A stretch of DNA of 64,000 nt, taken from a virus. The stretch is taken from positions 1-64,000 of the IMG/VR virus record IMGVR_UViG_3300007177_000160, one strand, 5' to 3'. Below are positions 7,800 through 18,500 of the stretch, piece after piece (positions within the stretch are counted from its first letter, which is position 1; each line of letters starts with the position of its first letter). Below the pieces are notes generated by a model. It saw only the letters and a list, made by a program, of their open reading frames with translations. It had not been told where the DNA came from and did no database searches. The translations under genes and the position numbers were made by a program.

Positions 7800-9494
7800 T
7801 TATAAACTATTTAATATACTTTCTATTTGTGCTCCAGTAGTTTCTACTGTAGCAGCGTTTTTAACTCTTCGACCTATACTGTTTAAAGTATTAATAGATG
7901 CCAAAGGAACAGACCAAATTGCATTAGGATCTAATACTGCGGTTCCTACTGTATTATCTACAGGCACATTGTTGGCTACGTTTGATGGAGAAGGTACTGC
8001 CATTGTTCCTAATAAAGTTCCAGAAGCATAACTAATTCCTGAACGAACATTTGCTGGAATTGGTGCGTCTACTGCTCCACCAGGAGAAACAAGTCGTGTA
8101 GCAGGAGCTACTGCTCCAGGAGATATAGCACCGTTAGTTGTCTCGTCTCTGAATTCAAAGTATGATGCAGCGTTGGGGATTAAGTGCATTCGAACACAAG
8201 CAATAGGCATTGTTCCGTATCTTGAACAAATAAAAGGCCCACTAAATAAATTAATCGCTGTTGCAGACGATCTAGCAACTGCAACACTTCCCTCTACTAT
8301 TGTTCCAATTACATTATCTTTACTTATCGGACCAACTATACTCAGTAAACTAGACTCACCCGAAGAAATTATAGGAGTCAGTCCCATTAAAAGACTTCCT
8401 GTTATATAAAGTCTTCCGTTTAATGTACCAAATACTGCGTAGCTATTTGCGGTAATATTAGTTACTGTGTTAATATTTCCTGTCACATAAGCAGTACTTA
8501 AAGTTCCTACTAAATTAAGAAACCTAGAACGTATTTCTGCTTGATTAAATGGAATTGTAATATTTCCTGTATAGTTTAAAGTTCCTGCTCCTGTAAGATT
8601 AAAATTAGTATAAAAATTTCTTCCATGTAAAATTAAATCTCCAACAAAATTTAAAGTTCCCGAACCAGTATGATTTACTAAGTAATATGTACTTGCCACA
8701 TAACCGAGATAAGTAGTAATAGTACCAGAAAGACTTGTACTAGTAGTTCCGTTATAAGTAAATAAAGTACTACCAGTGTTTTGTATAAAACCATCAACTG
8801 TATTTGTAGTCACCACAGATATTCCATCAGTTAAAACAAAACTGCCCCCTGCTACAGCATTTACGGCATATCCTACCTCATCAAATAATCTTAATTCACC
8901 TATTGATACCCAAGAACTTGGAGTTACTGCAGCTGTTATGAATAATCTATATCTCGAATAAGCTGTAGAATTTGCAAATGATCTTACATAAGCAGAGTTT
9001 AAACTGTTTGCAGTAATTCCAGACACGCTGTCTAAAACAACCCACGAGGTACCATCCCAAGCTTGGAACTCCCAAGCAGAGGGAATATTTGAGGACCAGT
9101 TAGAAGCTTTTATAGAGTAAGCTTTTACAAGTTGTGGCGAAACAAATTCATATTGTAACCACTGAGGAGACGCAAAAGCACCATTAGTAGTAAGCCAATA
9201 ATCACTGGCTGCTACATCTAGTCCATTAAATGCTTTCCATGCAAAATAAGGATTACCGTATTCTGAACTAGCTGAAGCAGTGCCAGAAGGTGTAGTATAG
9301 CCCGTCATTATAGGTATTAGACTGACAGCTCCTGTAGCAGCGTTGGTAATTACTCCTACATTTACATTCTGGTCTATTGTAACTGTAAAATTGTTTGATG
9401 CTACAATATCACCAGGTTGAGGTAGTGTACCTCCACTCCAAATTGCTGGGTTAGACCAGTTACCATTTGCTACTGCTACTTTTAACCCAGGCAT
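7800..9494 (-). CDS. Tail/virion protein with discoidin-like domain, paralog 1
   Basis: Same N-terminal, discoidin and C-terminal blocks as 6071-7798. Confidence 0.75.
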   Translation of the reverse strand: MPGLKVAVANGNWSNPAIWSGGTLPQPGDIVASNNFTVTIDQNVNVGVITNAATGAVSLIPIMTGYTTPSGTASASSEYGNPYFAWKAFNGLDVAASDYWLTTNGAFASPQWLQYEFVSPQLVKAYSIKASNWSSNIPSAWEFQAWDGTSWVVLDSVSGITANSLNSAYVRSFANSTAYSRYRLFITAAVTPSSWVSIGELRLFDEVGYAVNAVAGGSFVLTDGISVVTTNTVDGFIQNTGSTLFTYNGTTSTSLSGTITTYLGYVASTYYLVNHTGSGTLNFVGDLILHGRNFYTNFNLTGAGTLNYTGNITIPFNQAEIRSRFLNLVGTLSTAYVTGNINTVTNITANSYAVFGTLNGRLYITGSLLMGLTPIISSGESSLLSIVGPISKDNVIGTIVEGSVAVARSSATAINLFSGPFICSRYGTMPIACVRMHLIPNAASYFEFRDETTNGAISPGAVAPATRLVSPGGAVDAPIPANVRSGISYASGTLLGTMAVPSPSNVANNVPVDNTVGTAVLDPNAIWSVPLASINTLNSIGRRVKNAATVETTGAQIESILNSL

Positions 9495-9497
9495 AGA

Positions 9498-9794
9498 TTA
9501 TAATCCTTTATCTGTAATAAACTCTTGAAGACCAGTCATAATCTTCTCAATTGCAGAAGCAATTTCGGGATCAGTTTCAGCCTCTTTGAATACGTCAAAA
9601 TACGAAACCGCTTTTGCGTAATCAGGTAGTTGTTCTATTGCTCCTCCTACTTCTCTGTAAGGAGTCAAGCGCATAGCTACAGATGCCCCAATAATACCGC
9701 CTTCGTGTACTACAGGAGATATAGCTAAGTTAACAAGGAGAAGGGGATATTCTACTCCGTCTACAATGGTTGGTTGTGTGGATTGTATAGGCAT
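9498..9794 (-). CDS. Tail-associated hypothetical protein
   Basis: 98-aa ORF between tail genes. Confidence 0.65.
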   Translation of the reverse strand: MPIQSTQPTIVDGVEYPLLLVNLAISPVVHEGGIIGASVAMRLTPYREVGGAIEQLPDYAKAVSYFDVFKEAETDPEIASAIEKIMTGLQEFITDKGL

Positions 9795-9806
9795 AATTTT
9801 ATAATA

Positions 9807-11114
9807 TTATGAGTATGTATGTGTTAAACGACCTGTCCAGGTTACGTTATTGGCTTGGCTTATAAGCACGTTACCGTCTGCTAGGACTTGTATTCTTTTT
9901 ATTTTCCAAACAGCAGAACTCTCTGAACTAAGCTGAGGGGCTTTTCCGCAATACGAATATACACCTACGTAGTCGTGGCGTACATCCGCTGTGGTAATTT
10001 GGTTAGTCCACTTGGTTCCGTCGTAAACTAAGCTTTCTCCAGGAGCTAGTGAGGTAAGCTGAACATCAGATAAATTAGCTATCTGAGAAACTAATCCAGT
10101 AAGCAGAGATCCGTCTATTGCAGGAAGTCTACCTAAACTGTCCAACCTAACTAGTTTATTGGCTACGTTGAAAGTGTTTCCTTGTTGAGTTACGTTAGCA
10201 GAAAGACGCGCATCGTTTAGTGTCCCAGAAGTTATGTTATCTGCGTTAGTTGTATTAACGTTAGGTACGTTATCTAATCCTACTTGAGCTTTAGTAACTC
10301 CGTGAGGATTGTCTGTGCGGCTTATGTGGGTGTTTGCAGAGTTAACAAGAGTAGTATGCTGAGTTTGGAGTTTACCAAACGCAACTAAGATAGAGTCCGT
10401 TGCAGTAATCTGAACGTTTGATTGACTAGTTAAACCTGTTAAAAGAGAAGCAACTGCTCTAGCTTGTGTAAAATAAAGATTGTCACCTTCTGCTAAACTT
10501 GTAGTAGTTCGGCTTGTAAACCACTGGTTAGCTCGAGTTGTTGTAAAGTAAAGATTCGAGGTCCCCTCGTTTATATTATCTGAAGTTAAAACAACATTTC
10601 CTACGGCTCCATTAACGCTCTGCACGTTACCTACGCTACTAATTACAATTCTATTAAGGTTATCGTCGTAAACTATAGATACGTTAGATCCTGCCTGAAG
10701 TAAAGCAGCAACTCTGTCGTCTACTCTTTCATCTGAAAAATAACGATTAGTTCCTCCCTCACTTATGTCATCTGTGTTTAAACTAACGGCACCTGACTTA
10801 TTGTTTACGCTGATTACGTTTCCAGTAGAGTTAATTGTAATTTTGTTTGTGCCTAAATTATAATTAAAGGAAACATTTGTACCTGCTACTAAAGTGTTTA
10901 GAATTTCTTGAACAACTCTACCCGATGTAAAATAAAGATTGTTAGATCCTTCAGTTAGTTGGTCAGTTGTTTTTCCAGAAAAAGAAGCAGCAGTTACCTC
11001 GCTTACAGAGGCAAGACCTGTCACTCCCTGTTTAAGGATGACAATATAATCTACCGCACTAAGACTAGTTAGTATGGGTAGTTGCGAGGTTCTTTTTTCT
11101 AATACTGTTGCCAT
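9807..11114 (-). CDS. Tail fibre-like protein with internal repeats
   Basis: Repeated T.D.L.EG..NLYFT..R, V.SVN...G.V.L and NPHGVTKAQVGLDNV motifs typical of tail fibres. Confidence 0.8.
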   Translation of the reverse strand: MATVLEKRTSQLPILTSLSAVDYIVILKQGVTGLASVSEVTAASFSGKTTDQLTEGSNNLYFTSGRVVQEILNTLVAGTNVSFNYNLGTNKITINSTGNVISVNNKSGAVSLNTDDISEGGTNRYFSDERVDDRVAALLQAGSNVSIVYDDNLNRIVISSVGNVQSVNGAVGNVVLTSDNINEGTSNLYFTTTRANQWFTSRTTTSLAEGDNLYFTQARAVASLLTGLTSQSNVQITATDSILVAFGKLQTQHTTLVNSANTHISRTDNPHGVTKAQVGLDNVPNVNTTNADNITSGTLNDARLSANVTQQGNTFNVANKLVRLDSLGRLPAIDGSLLTGLVSQIANLSDVQLTSLAPGESLVYDGTKWTNQITTADVRHDYVGVYSYCGKAPQLSSESSAVWKIKRIQVLADGNVLISQANNVTWTGRLTHTYS

Positions 11115-11115
11115 C

Positions 11116-11463
11116 TTAAACGATAAGTCTTTCTCCTAATTCTGTTAGTAGATAACCAGGCTCTCCAAGGTCGTCATACAACAAGTAAGATACTGTAGAG
11201 TATTTGTCAAAGAACTTCAGGTCAAAACTAGCCAAACGCTGGTCAATCACTAAAGTGGTCTGAAACTCTCCAATAGCATCCTGTACTGTTGCAAGATTTC
11301 CGTCAATAGAAATACCCTCAATAGAACCCTGCATAAATTTTAACGCATTGTAATCTATTAAGTTTAAATAAGTAACTCTACTGCGTCCCTTAACAATGAG
11401 ATCTTTGACCTGGCCAGCGTGTCCGTTGCCCATGAACTCTGGTCTAAATCTCATATCTCTCAT
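11116..11463 (-). CDS. Hypothetical structural protein
   Basis: C-terminal YLLTELGERLIV, a common tail-associated motif; promoter at 11486-11517. Confidence 0.65.
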   Translation of the reverse strand: MRDMRFRPEFMGNGHAGQVKDLIVKGRSRVTYLNLIDYNALKFMQGSIEGISIDGNLATVQDAIGEFQTTLVIDQRLASFDLKFFDKYSTVSYLLYDDLGEPGYLLTELGERLIV

Positions 11464-11533
11464 GTAACAGAATATCGGTTGTTCACAAAAATAGTTAATT
11501 TATAAATAAAGTCAAGTAGACTCGTATACAAAC

Positions 11534-11565
11534 AAAAAAGCAGCACTAGGGGGTGCTGCCTTTTT
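11534..11565. terminator. Bidirectional intrinsic terminator
   Basis: AAAAAA-GCAGCAC-loop-GTGCTGC-CTTTTT. Confidence 0.8.
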
Positions 11566-11656
11566 GCGGTAATAAAGAACGAAAACAGAAGGTTGAATGG
11601 TGATACAAATATAATAGAATATCTGTAATCGCCAAAAACTTTTTTAAGTTTGCTTC

Positions 11657-11932
11657 TTAATTTGCTTCTAAATCTTCTCCAGAAACTACGTACTCGTAAG
11701 ATTGTGGATCTACTCCGCCTTTACCATACTTAGTTTCTAAGTCAGCAAAGTATTGATTCTGTTGAGTTACAACATCAGCCATTACTTTTTTAACTTGTTC
11801 CTTAACATTTAGTAAGTCACTAAGTTGTAATTCAATCTTACCCAAGTCAATAATAACTTGGTGTACTTTATTTTGAAAAGCTTCTAACTGTTGCTTTTCT
11901 TCTGGGGTCAAAGGTATTCTTGCTTCAGCCAT
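11657..11932 (-). CDS. Coiled-coil protein (possible tail chaperone)
   Basis: Coiled coil ending in LETKYGKGGVD. Confidence 0.65.
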   Translation of the reverse strand: MAEARIPLTPEEKQQLEAFQNKVHQVIIDLGKIELQLSDLLNVKEQVKKVMADVVTQQNQYFADLETKYGKGGVDPQSYEYVVSGEDLEAN

Positions 11933-11934
11933 AA

Positions 11935-12204
11935 TTAGAATGCACCTAATACCTGAGCTTTAGTTAAGATTGTTAATTGCTCGTGGTCCTTTACAAAATT
12001 CTTTAGGGTCTCTGCATCAGAAGGATCTAGCTCTAAGCTTTCTCCTGCATGCAATTTTAAAGCCCAAGACATGTACTTCAAAGCATCTCCTTTGTTAGAA
12101 GAAGCCAATACCTGTGCAACTAACTTACCTAAGTTAGAACCTTCAATTTCTTTGCCATCAAGATCTGTGATAGCTTTGTTTAAGTCAATTTTTTTAGTAG
12201 ACAT
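11935..12204 (-). CDS. Hypothetical protein
   Basis: 89-aa ORF downstream of the tail fibre. Confidence 0.7.
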   Translation of the reverse strand: MSTKKIDLNKAITDLDGKEIEGSNLGKLVAQVLASSNKGDALKYMSWALKLHAGESLELDPSDAETLKNFVKDHEQLTILTKAQVLGAF

Positions 12205-12236
12205 ATGGTTGGTTTAATTAAACGTGTTATTCAAAA

Positions 12237-12533
12237 TTACTCGGGAATCTCTACAAAACCAAGTTTAGCAAGAGCCCAGTCAATTACATAAGAGTCATCA
12301 GTACCCCACAAAGCATATTCTTCAGGAGTCATAGACAAGTTTCCGTCAAGGATAGTAACTCCAGGAACTACAGTTTCCACGTCAGATACTAACTGAGTAT
12401 CTTCTGTCTTTACGTGCCAGTAGAACGAGGGAGCTATCGCAGTGTTTTTAGCGATATCTATTTGCAAACATTTAATTCCAAAGTACTTACCAGTACCTCT
12501 GCTTGGAACTATTACGTCTTCTATTTTAGTCAT
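12237..12533 (-). CDS. Tail fibre-associated small protein
   Basis: GNLSMT.EEY..WG.DD.Y..DW...KLG motif; follows the fibre gene. Confidence 0.65.
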   Translation of the reverse strand: MTKIEDVIVPSRGTGKYFGIKCLQIDIAKNTAIAPSFYWHVKTEDTQLVSDVETVVPGVTILDGNLSMTPEEYALWGTDDSYVIDWALAKLGFVEIPE

Positions 12534-12571
12534 GATACTACAAATTTAATTATTTATGTTAAAAAATCAAG

Positions 12572-15500
12572 TTAAAAAACGTTAACAATGATACCATTTT
12601 GAACATCAATGTTAATCGGAGGTAAAGGAGCGGGTTGTTGGATTGTTACTGTTCCTGAGTATCCAGCCACGCTACTCAATAATCCACTTGTAGAAATTAC
12701 GGGACCGTCAGCTTCTGCATCTAGTTGGGCTAAGTAAAGATTACCTTGGGAGTTGATGTAGGCTTTCTGCGTGCCGTTCTCTTGCCACTCTTGGATAAAG
12801 TGTGCAGAGTTTCTTTGGTTAACAATAAGAGCCTTACCTCCACTTGCAGGACTAGTACGGATAATTAATCCGTGATAAGCATCCATCTGTGCTGCGCTGC
12901 CATGAGTTGTGCTTATACGGTGATTAGAATCTCCTCCGTATTGGAAGTGTAAAGTTTGACCTGCACTTAGGCCGTCAAAACCAAACACACGACCATTAGC
13001 GGAAGCCACATAACTATCTCCGTTAGACCTAAACGAACCGTTTACGTTAAGTTTGTATCCACTATCAGTAGTTGTTCCAATAAGTAAGTTCCCACCGCGC
13101 TTAAGAGTCATAAGTGTAGTACCAGCAGGATAGTCCCAAAGAAAATCTCCAACTGTTGGATGTCCTAGGAAAAACTGCATACTGGCATCAAATCCTCTGT
13201 AATACACGATACCATTAGTTCCTGCATACACACTGTTGTTACTACCGATGTCTAAACTTCCGTTCATAGTAAATGAACCCTGTGTAATCAAGTTACCTGT
13301 TACTCTAAGCCCACCGTAAATTTTGTTCTCTGCTGTTCCATTTAATCCGTAAATTTCTACGCCACCTGTTCCTCCGTTGTATAGGTTGATGTAGTTTCCG
13401 TTAATTCCGTAGATGTAGCGGTTACTTGCATCAGTCATAGACAAGTTGCCACGAATAATTGTATTACCGTTGACATCTAGTTTAAATCCTGAATCAGTTG
13501 ACGTTCCAATAGTGACGTTTCCGTTGGCTTTAATGTGCATTTTGCCATCAGTAACCCACGCGTTACTTCCATCAGCTACGTTATTAGTCGCAAAAATTAA
13601 CTCCCCACGTCCGTAGTTAGCTGTCCAGTTGTAGAAAATAGCAGTCTTACGCGCGTAACTACCCATGTAAATACCTGAAACACTTCCGCTCCCTTCTGAA
13701 CTATTTACTACAGATATTGCTCCCCCAAGCGTACCAAACTTGTCTGCTGATACGGTAAGTAGAGCATCAGGGTTGGTAGTACCAATACCTACATTCCCCC
13801 CTGGAGTAATAATCATTTTGACATCTGCAACACCTACACCTGGATTTCCTGAAGTAGCATTGTTTAAACAGAAATACAAAGCAGACCTTGACCAACTACC
13901 GACTGCTGCCGCTATAATTGCTGTTCTAGGTAAAGTAGAACTGTCGTAAGCAGTGTTAAAGAATAAACTTACGTTTTGATTTTCAGCTAAACTACTTAGA
14001 TGTACTTGTAAATTAGTTCTTCTTATATCAAAGTTATAAGCGGGACTAGCAGTGTTAATGCCTATGTTACCTGAGTTATCAATAACCATTCGGGTTTTGC
14101 TACCTGTAGTATAAAGATCAGTAGTAGCAAAGTACATCTTGGTTCCATAACTACCGTCACTTCTTACGTAAATACCTGCCTGTGCGTTATCTCCGTCCGA
14201 GTAATCACTTGCCCCAAAAGTGATAGCATTACCGAAGTTATCTGTACTTACTCCTGGATCTAGGTGTATGGTTCCAGGCGTTTGTCCTGGAGTAGTTTCA
14301 TTCCAGTTTGCTGACCCCCCAACGATGTTTAGCTTAGCTACAGCAGAGGTAGTGCCGATACCGACGCTTCCAGAAGTAGTAGCAAAGTATGCACTGTTTA
14401 CAGAACGAAGTGTGCCGTTAACATCAAACTTGTATCCATAATCTATGTTTAATCCTACTTGTACGTTTCCACCCAATAAAGAAAGCGCAGGTATGGTGTC
14501 AGAAAAAGTATTTACGTAAAAATATAAAGCTGTTCTAGATTGAATGACTAAGTTCCCAAAAGGATTTGTTCCGTAAGCTTGAACCGTAGTAATGGTGCCG
14601 TACGTCATGCTTCCATCGTCACTCTGAAAACTGATATTTGGATAAGCACCTCTTAAATTGACATAAGGGAAAGTTCCTGTAATCCGAGTACCTCCTACAA
14701 CATGTAAAGGTGTTTCAGGTGCACTGGTTCCAATACCAATGTTTCCATTGGACAACATTGTCATCACACGCGTAGAGTTCGGTAAAAAGAACCCGTCTGC
14801 CAACTTAATGTCCAGTCTTGTTCTGGAAGAAGTTCCAAAATTCTCAAATCGAGAAAGTTCAAATACTGCAGCGGCACCAAATGCCTGACCTGCGGTACCC
14901 TGACGAGCAAGAATCAGTACTTCTTGCGGATCGTTAAGGACAGAAGCCGAAGTTTGTGTTTGGTTAACAAACATCGCTGCACCCGACGTGTAGGCGTAGT
15001 TGTTATCGTCGATAACTTTTGCACCTGCTTGCAATAACACACTGGGAGATGTGGTTCCTATACCTACTCTGTTCGTTGTTGCGTTAACAAAGAAAGTATT
15101 CGTGTCTACGGTAAAGTTACTAGTTACTACTAAATTAGTAGCAACGTTTAATTGATTAGCAACATACGTGTTACTGCCGTCAAAAGAAAATACAGGGGTA
15201 CTACCAGAATAAGACTCAATTAAAAACAGCATTGCTGTCCTTGACGAAATAACCAAGTTACCCCAAGGATTTCCCGTTTTATCCTGTGTTGTATAAAGAC
15301 CACCAAAAGTTACAGCTCCGTCTTCAGACTGTAATACGAATCTAGGATATCCTCCACGAATCAACTGAGTTGGGAAAAACTGTCCAGCTGCTCCGTTTCC
15401 TTGTAGCAACAAAAGACCATCTGCTCCCTGTACGTGCAGTTTTGCAAATGCAGTAGTAACACCAATTCCTACTAACGTATTTGCATTAGTAGCTAAATAA

Positions 15501-18500
15501 CTATTACTGGTAGCTCGGAAGCTTCCGTTGACATCCAGTTTATACCCAGCGTCAACCGTCGTATTGATTAGTACATTTCCGTTACCATAAATTCTAAAGA
15601 GGTCATTATTTCCCCAATGACCCATCGTAATAAAGTTACTGTCAGATCCAGCACCTGCCCAATAGTAACCAAAGTATCCACTATTTTTTAAGCTGGGTGC
15701 TTGTCCTATGACTAAAATGTTACGCTGACCACTTGTCAGGTTAGCAGCAATGTTTTCCTGACTATGTACATAATCTCCAGAATTAGAAGAGTTAACTCTT
15801 AGTGTTGGGTTCCCTGCTGTTCCCGAAGTAGAAATAACTAACTGACCAGTCATTGTGTCCCCCGTAGTGTTTACCCAAACATCAGAAACTGAGGTTAAAT
15901 AACCTGCGGTTGCATGGTTGCCCCAAGAGTATGCAGTGTTCCAGTTAGAAATATTTGTAGTAGTAATAGCTTTTACATGGGACGGGACGGTAGGGTCAGT
16001 TTCTGTAAATGAAGTTAGGTAGCCAGCAGATGCGTGATTTCCCCAGCTAAATGCAGTATTCCAGTTTGTAGAAGTTCCACCAGTAGCGCTGATTGACCCA
16101 TTTACTTGAAGTTTGTTCGTACCGTTGTCAGTACTCGACCCAATAAGAACGTTACCTGTACTAAAGTTACCTTCAATTAATCCTGCGTTATTTCTGTTAC
16201 CTAAAATAAACCAGTTAGATTTAGTCGAGTTTAAACCTGCGTCATATCCTATAAATACGTTATCTCCTGCAGTAGAACTTCCGCCAGCACGAAAACCTAA
16301 ATAAACACTGTACCCTTGAGTTAATGTGGAAATTCCTGAGCCTCCGCCAGCAAATGCACCTACTGCTACAGTCTCTAAAACATCCATAGTTGAGCCAGCA
16401 GCATCGCCAAGAAACGTATTACTATATCCTAAATCTACCTTAGCTCCTGCATCTACGCCTACAAATACATTAGATCCTCCTACTGTAAGATTCCCTGCTG
16501 TTTTTTGTGTTTTTCTCCCTGCACCTGTACCAATAGCTATGTTACGATAAGAAAAAGCAGATTCATTTAAGGCACTATCACCTAGTGCAACAGTTTCACT
16601 TGTTGATGTAGCAACTGATAAGATATTTCTACCAAATCCAAAAGTATTAGCTGCAAGCGAAATATTATTAAAGTTATTATTTCCTACAGAATATACAGAG
16701 TCGCTATTTGCTTTTATAGTTATGTGCGTAGATACGGTTATATTAGCTGTGGTTGTATTTCCAGCTGCTGTAACCTGTGCTAGGGTAGGAATAGGCGCAC
16801 TAGTCAAATACCCCTGAGCAGTTACCCAGCTTTCTGTTGCAATATTCTGCCAGGCTGTACCATTGTATAGTAAGTTTTTGTTATTGGTTATGTCGTAGAC
16901 TTGTAAACCAGTTGCAGGAGTAGCGATAGCCACTGCCTGTGCATTAATCATGCGAGGTTGTAGAAAACCAAAAGAAGTACTTCTGATTTCAAACATAGCA
17001 GAAGCATCTGCTGTACCAAAGTTGGTATCAATCACCAAAACACCTGCACCACCCAATCTTCTAGAAATTATTCTAGACATCCTCTCAATTGCACTAGAAT
17101 AAATAGTCATACCGATTATATTAAAATCAGTCATAATTTGGATAGCACCGTCTGGTAATTCTCTAACCCCTAAAGTATAATTTCCCGCACTAGGACCTCT
17201 TAGTAATAATGAACCATTATCTCTTAGTTGCAGTATGTTCGTGTTTGTACTATCTTGAACCAAAAAAGAAGTAGTAGTTGAAGTCGTTCCTGTTCCTTTT
17301 ATGCGAGTACCTCCATTTACGTCTAATTTAAAACCAGCATCAGTGCCCTGATTTATTAATACGTTTCCTGTGTCTCCTAGAATTCTAATAGAAGTACCAT
17401 CTACACCTATTCCTAAGAATGAGGGAGTTTGGGCAATTCCTTGACTATAGGAGTGCATTATTTTAAATGTAACTCCTGGAGTATTTTGTCGAGTAAAATT
17501 AATAGATGTTGTTGCACCCCCATTAGCAAATAAGTTAATGTATGGACTTTTATCTAATCCTACGCCTCCTATTTGAACTCCAGAATAATAAGAAAATGCG
17601 CCAAATAATTCTAGTGCATTTCCTGTAGTATCTAACGTAGAGCGAATTGCTCCAGAACTTGTAATTGCACCGACACTAATACTGTTTGTAGTTGTGTTAC
17701 CTGCTGTAGTTACCTGAGCTAATGTTGGCGTAGCAGGAGTAGGTAATGCTCCATAAGTAAGTTCTCCTGTAGTTGTGTTGTAGTATACTTGGTTTGTTTG
17801 TGTTGCGTTGGTTAGTCCCTGGTGTATTACTTTACCTACTGTTGTTTCTATAGCCCTAAAATCAGCTGCAGCAGTAATAGTTGGATTTACGTACAAACCT
17901 CGACTTATTCCACTCGCACCTCCTGTTTGGTTAATAGTTTGGTTTAATGTTAAGGCATTGACTACAGCTGTCCCACTAGTAGGAGCAAAAGTATGAGTAA
18001 TACGTTGGGTATCATGGGTTCCTGATGTAAGTGTTAAAGTAGCGTTAGGTCTAACCACCAAGACCTGTGCTTTATTTGCAATGACTTCTATTGTTACGTT
18101 GGTAGAATCTGCCCAAGGTGCCGATATTGTTAGATTTTGGTTGACTCTAGCTTGTAGTCCCAGAGCCACTACAGTATTAGTTGTAAAATCACTCTGAGTA
18201 GCTGTAATTCCTCCAACATCACTTACTGTAAATAAAGAGTTGCCTAGAGAATTTAATACGGTAAAAGCATTAGTAGAACCTGTAAAACCTGATCCCCTAA
18301 CTGTCAATGAATTAGTAGCTGAACCAGTAACTGTCACGTTACCTGAGAATCTACCTGTACCATTAACGTCTAATTTAAAACCTGCGTCAGTCGTTGTACC
18401 AATTAAAACGTTTCCTGCACCATTGATTGTAAACAACCTGACAAAGTTTGCTGTGCCTGCAGTCGCTGCCGACCTATAAATAGCAAACATATCAGTATTT

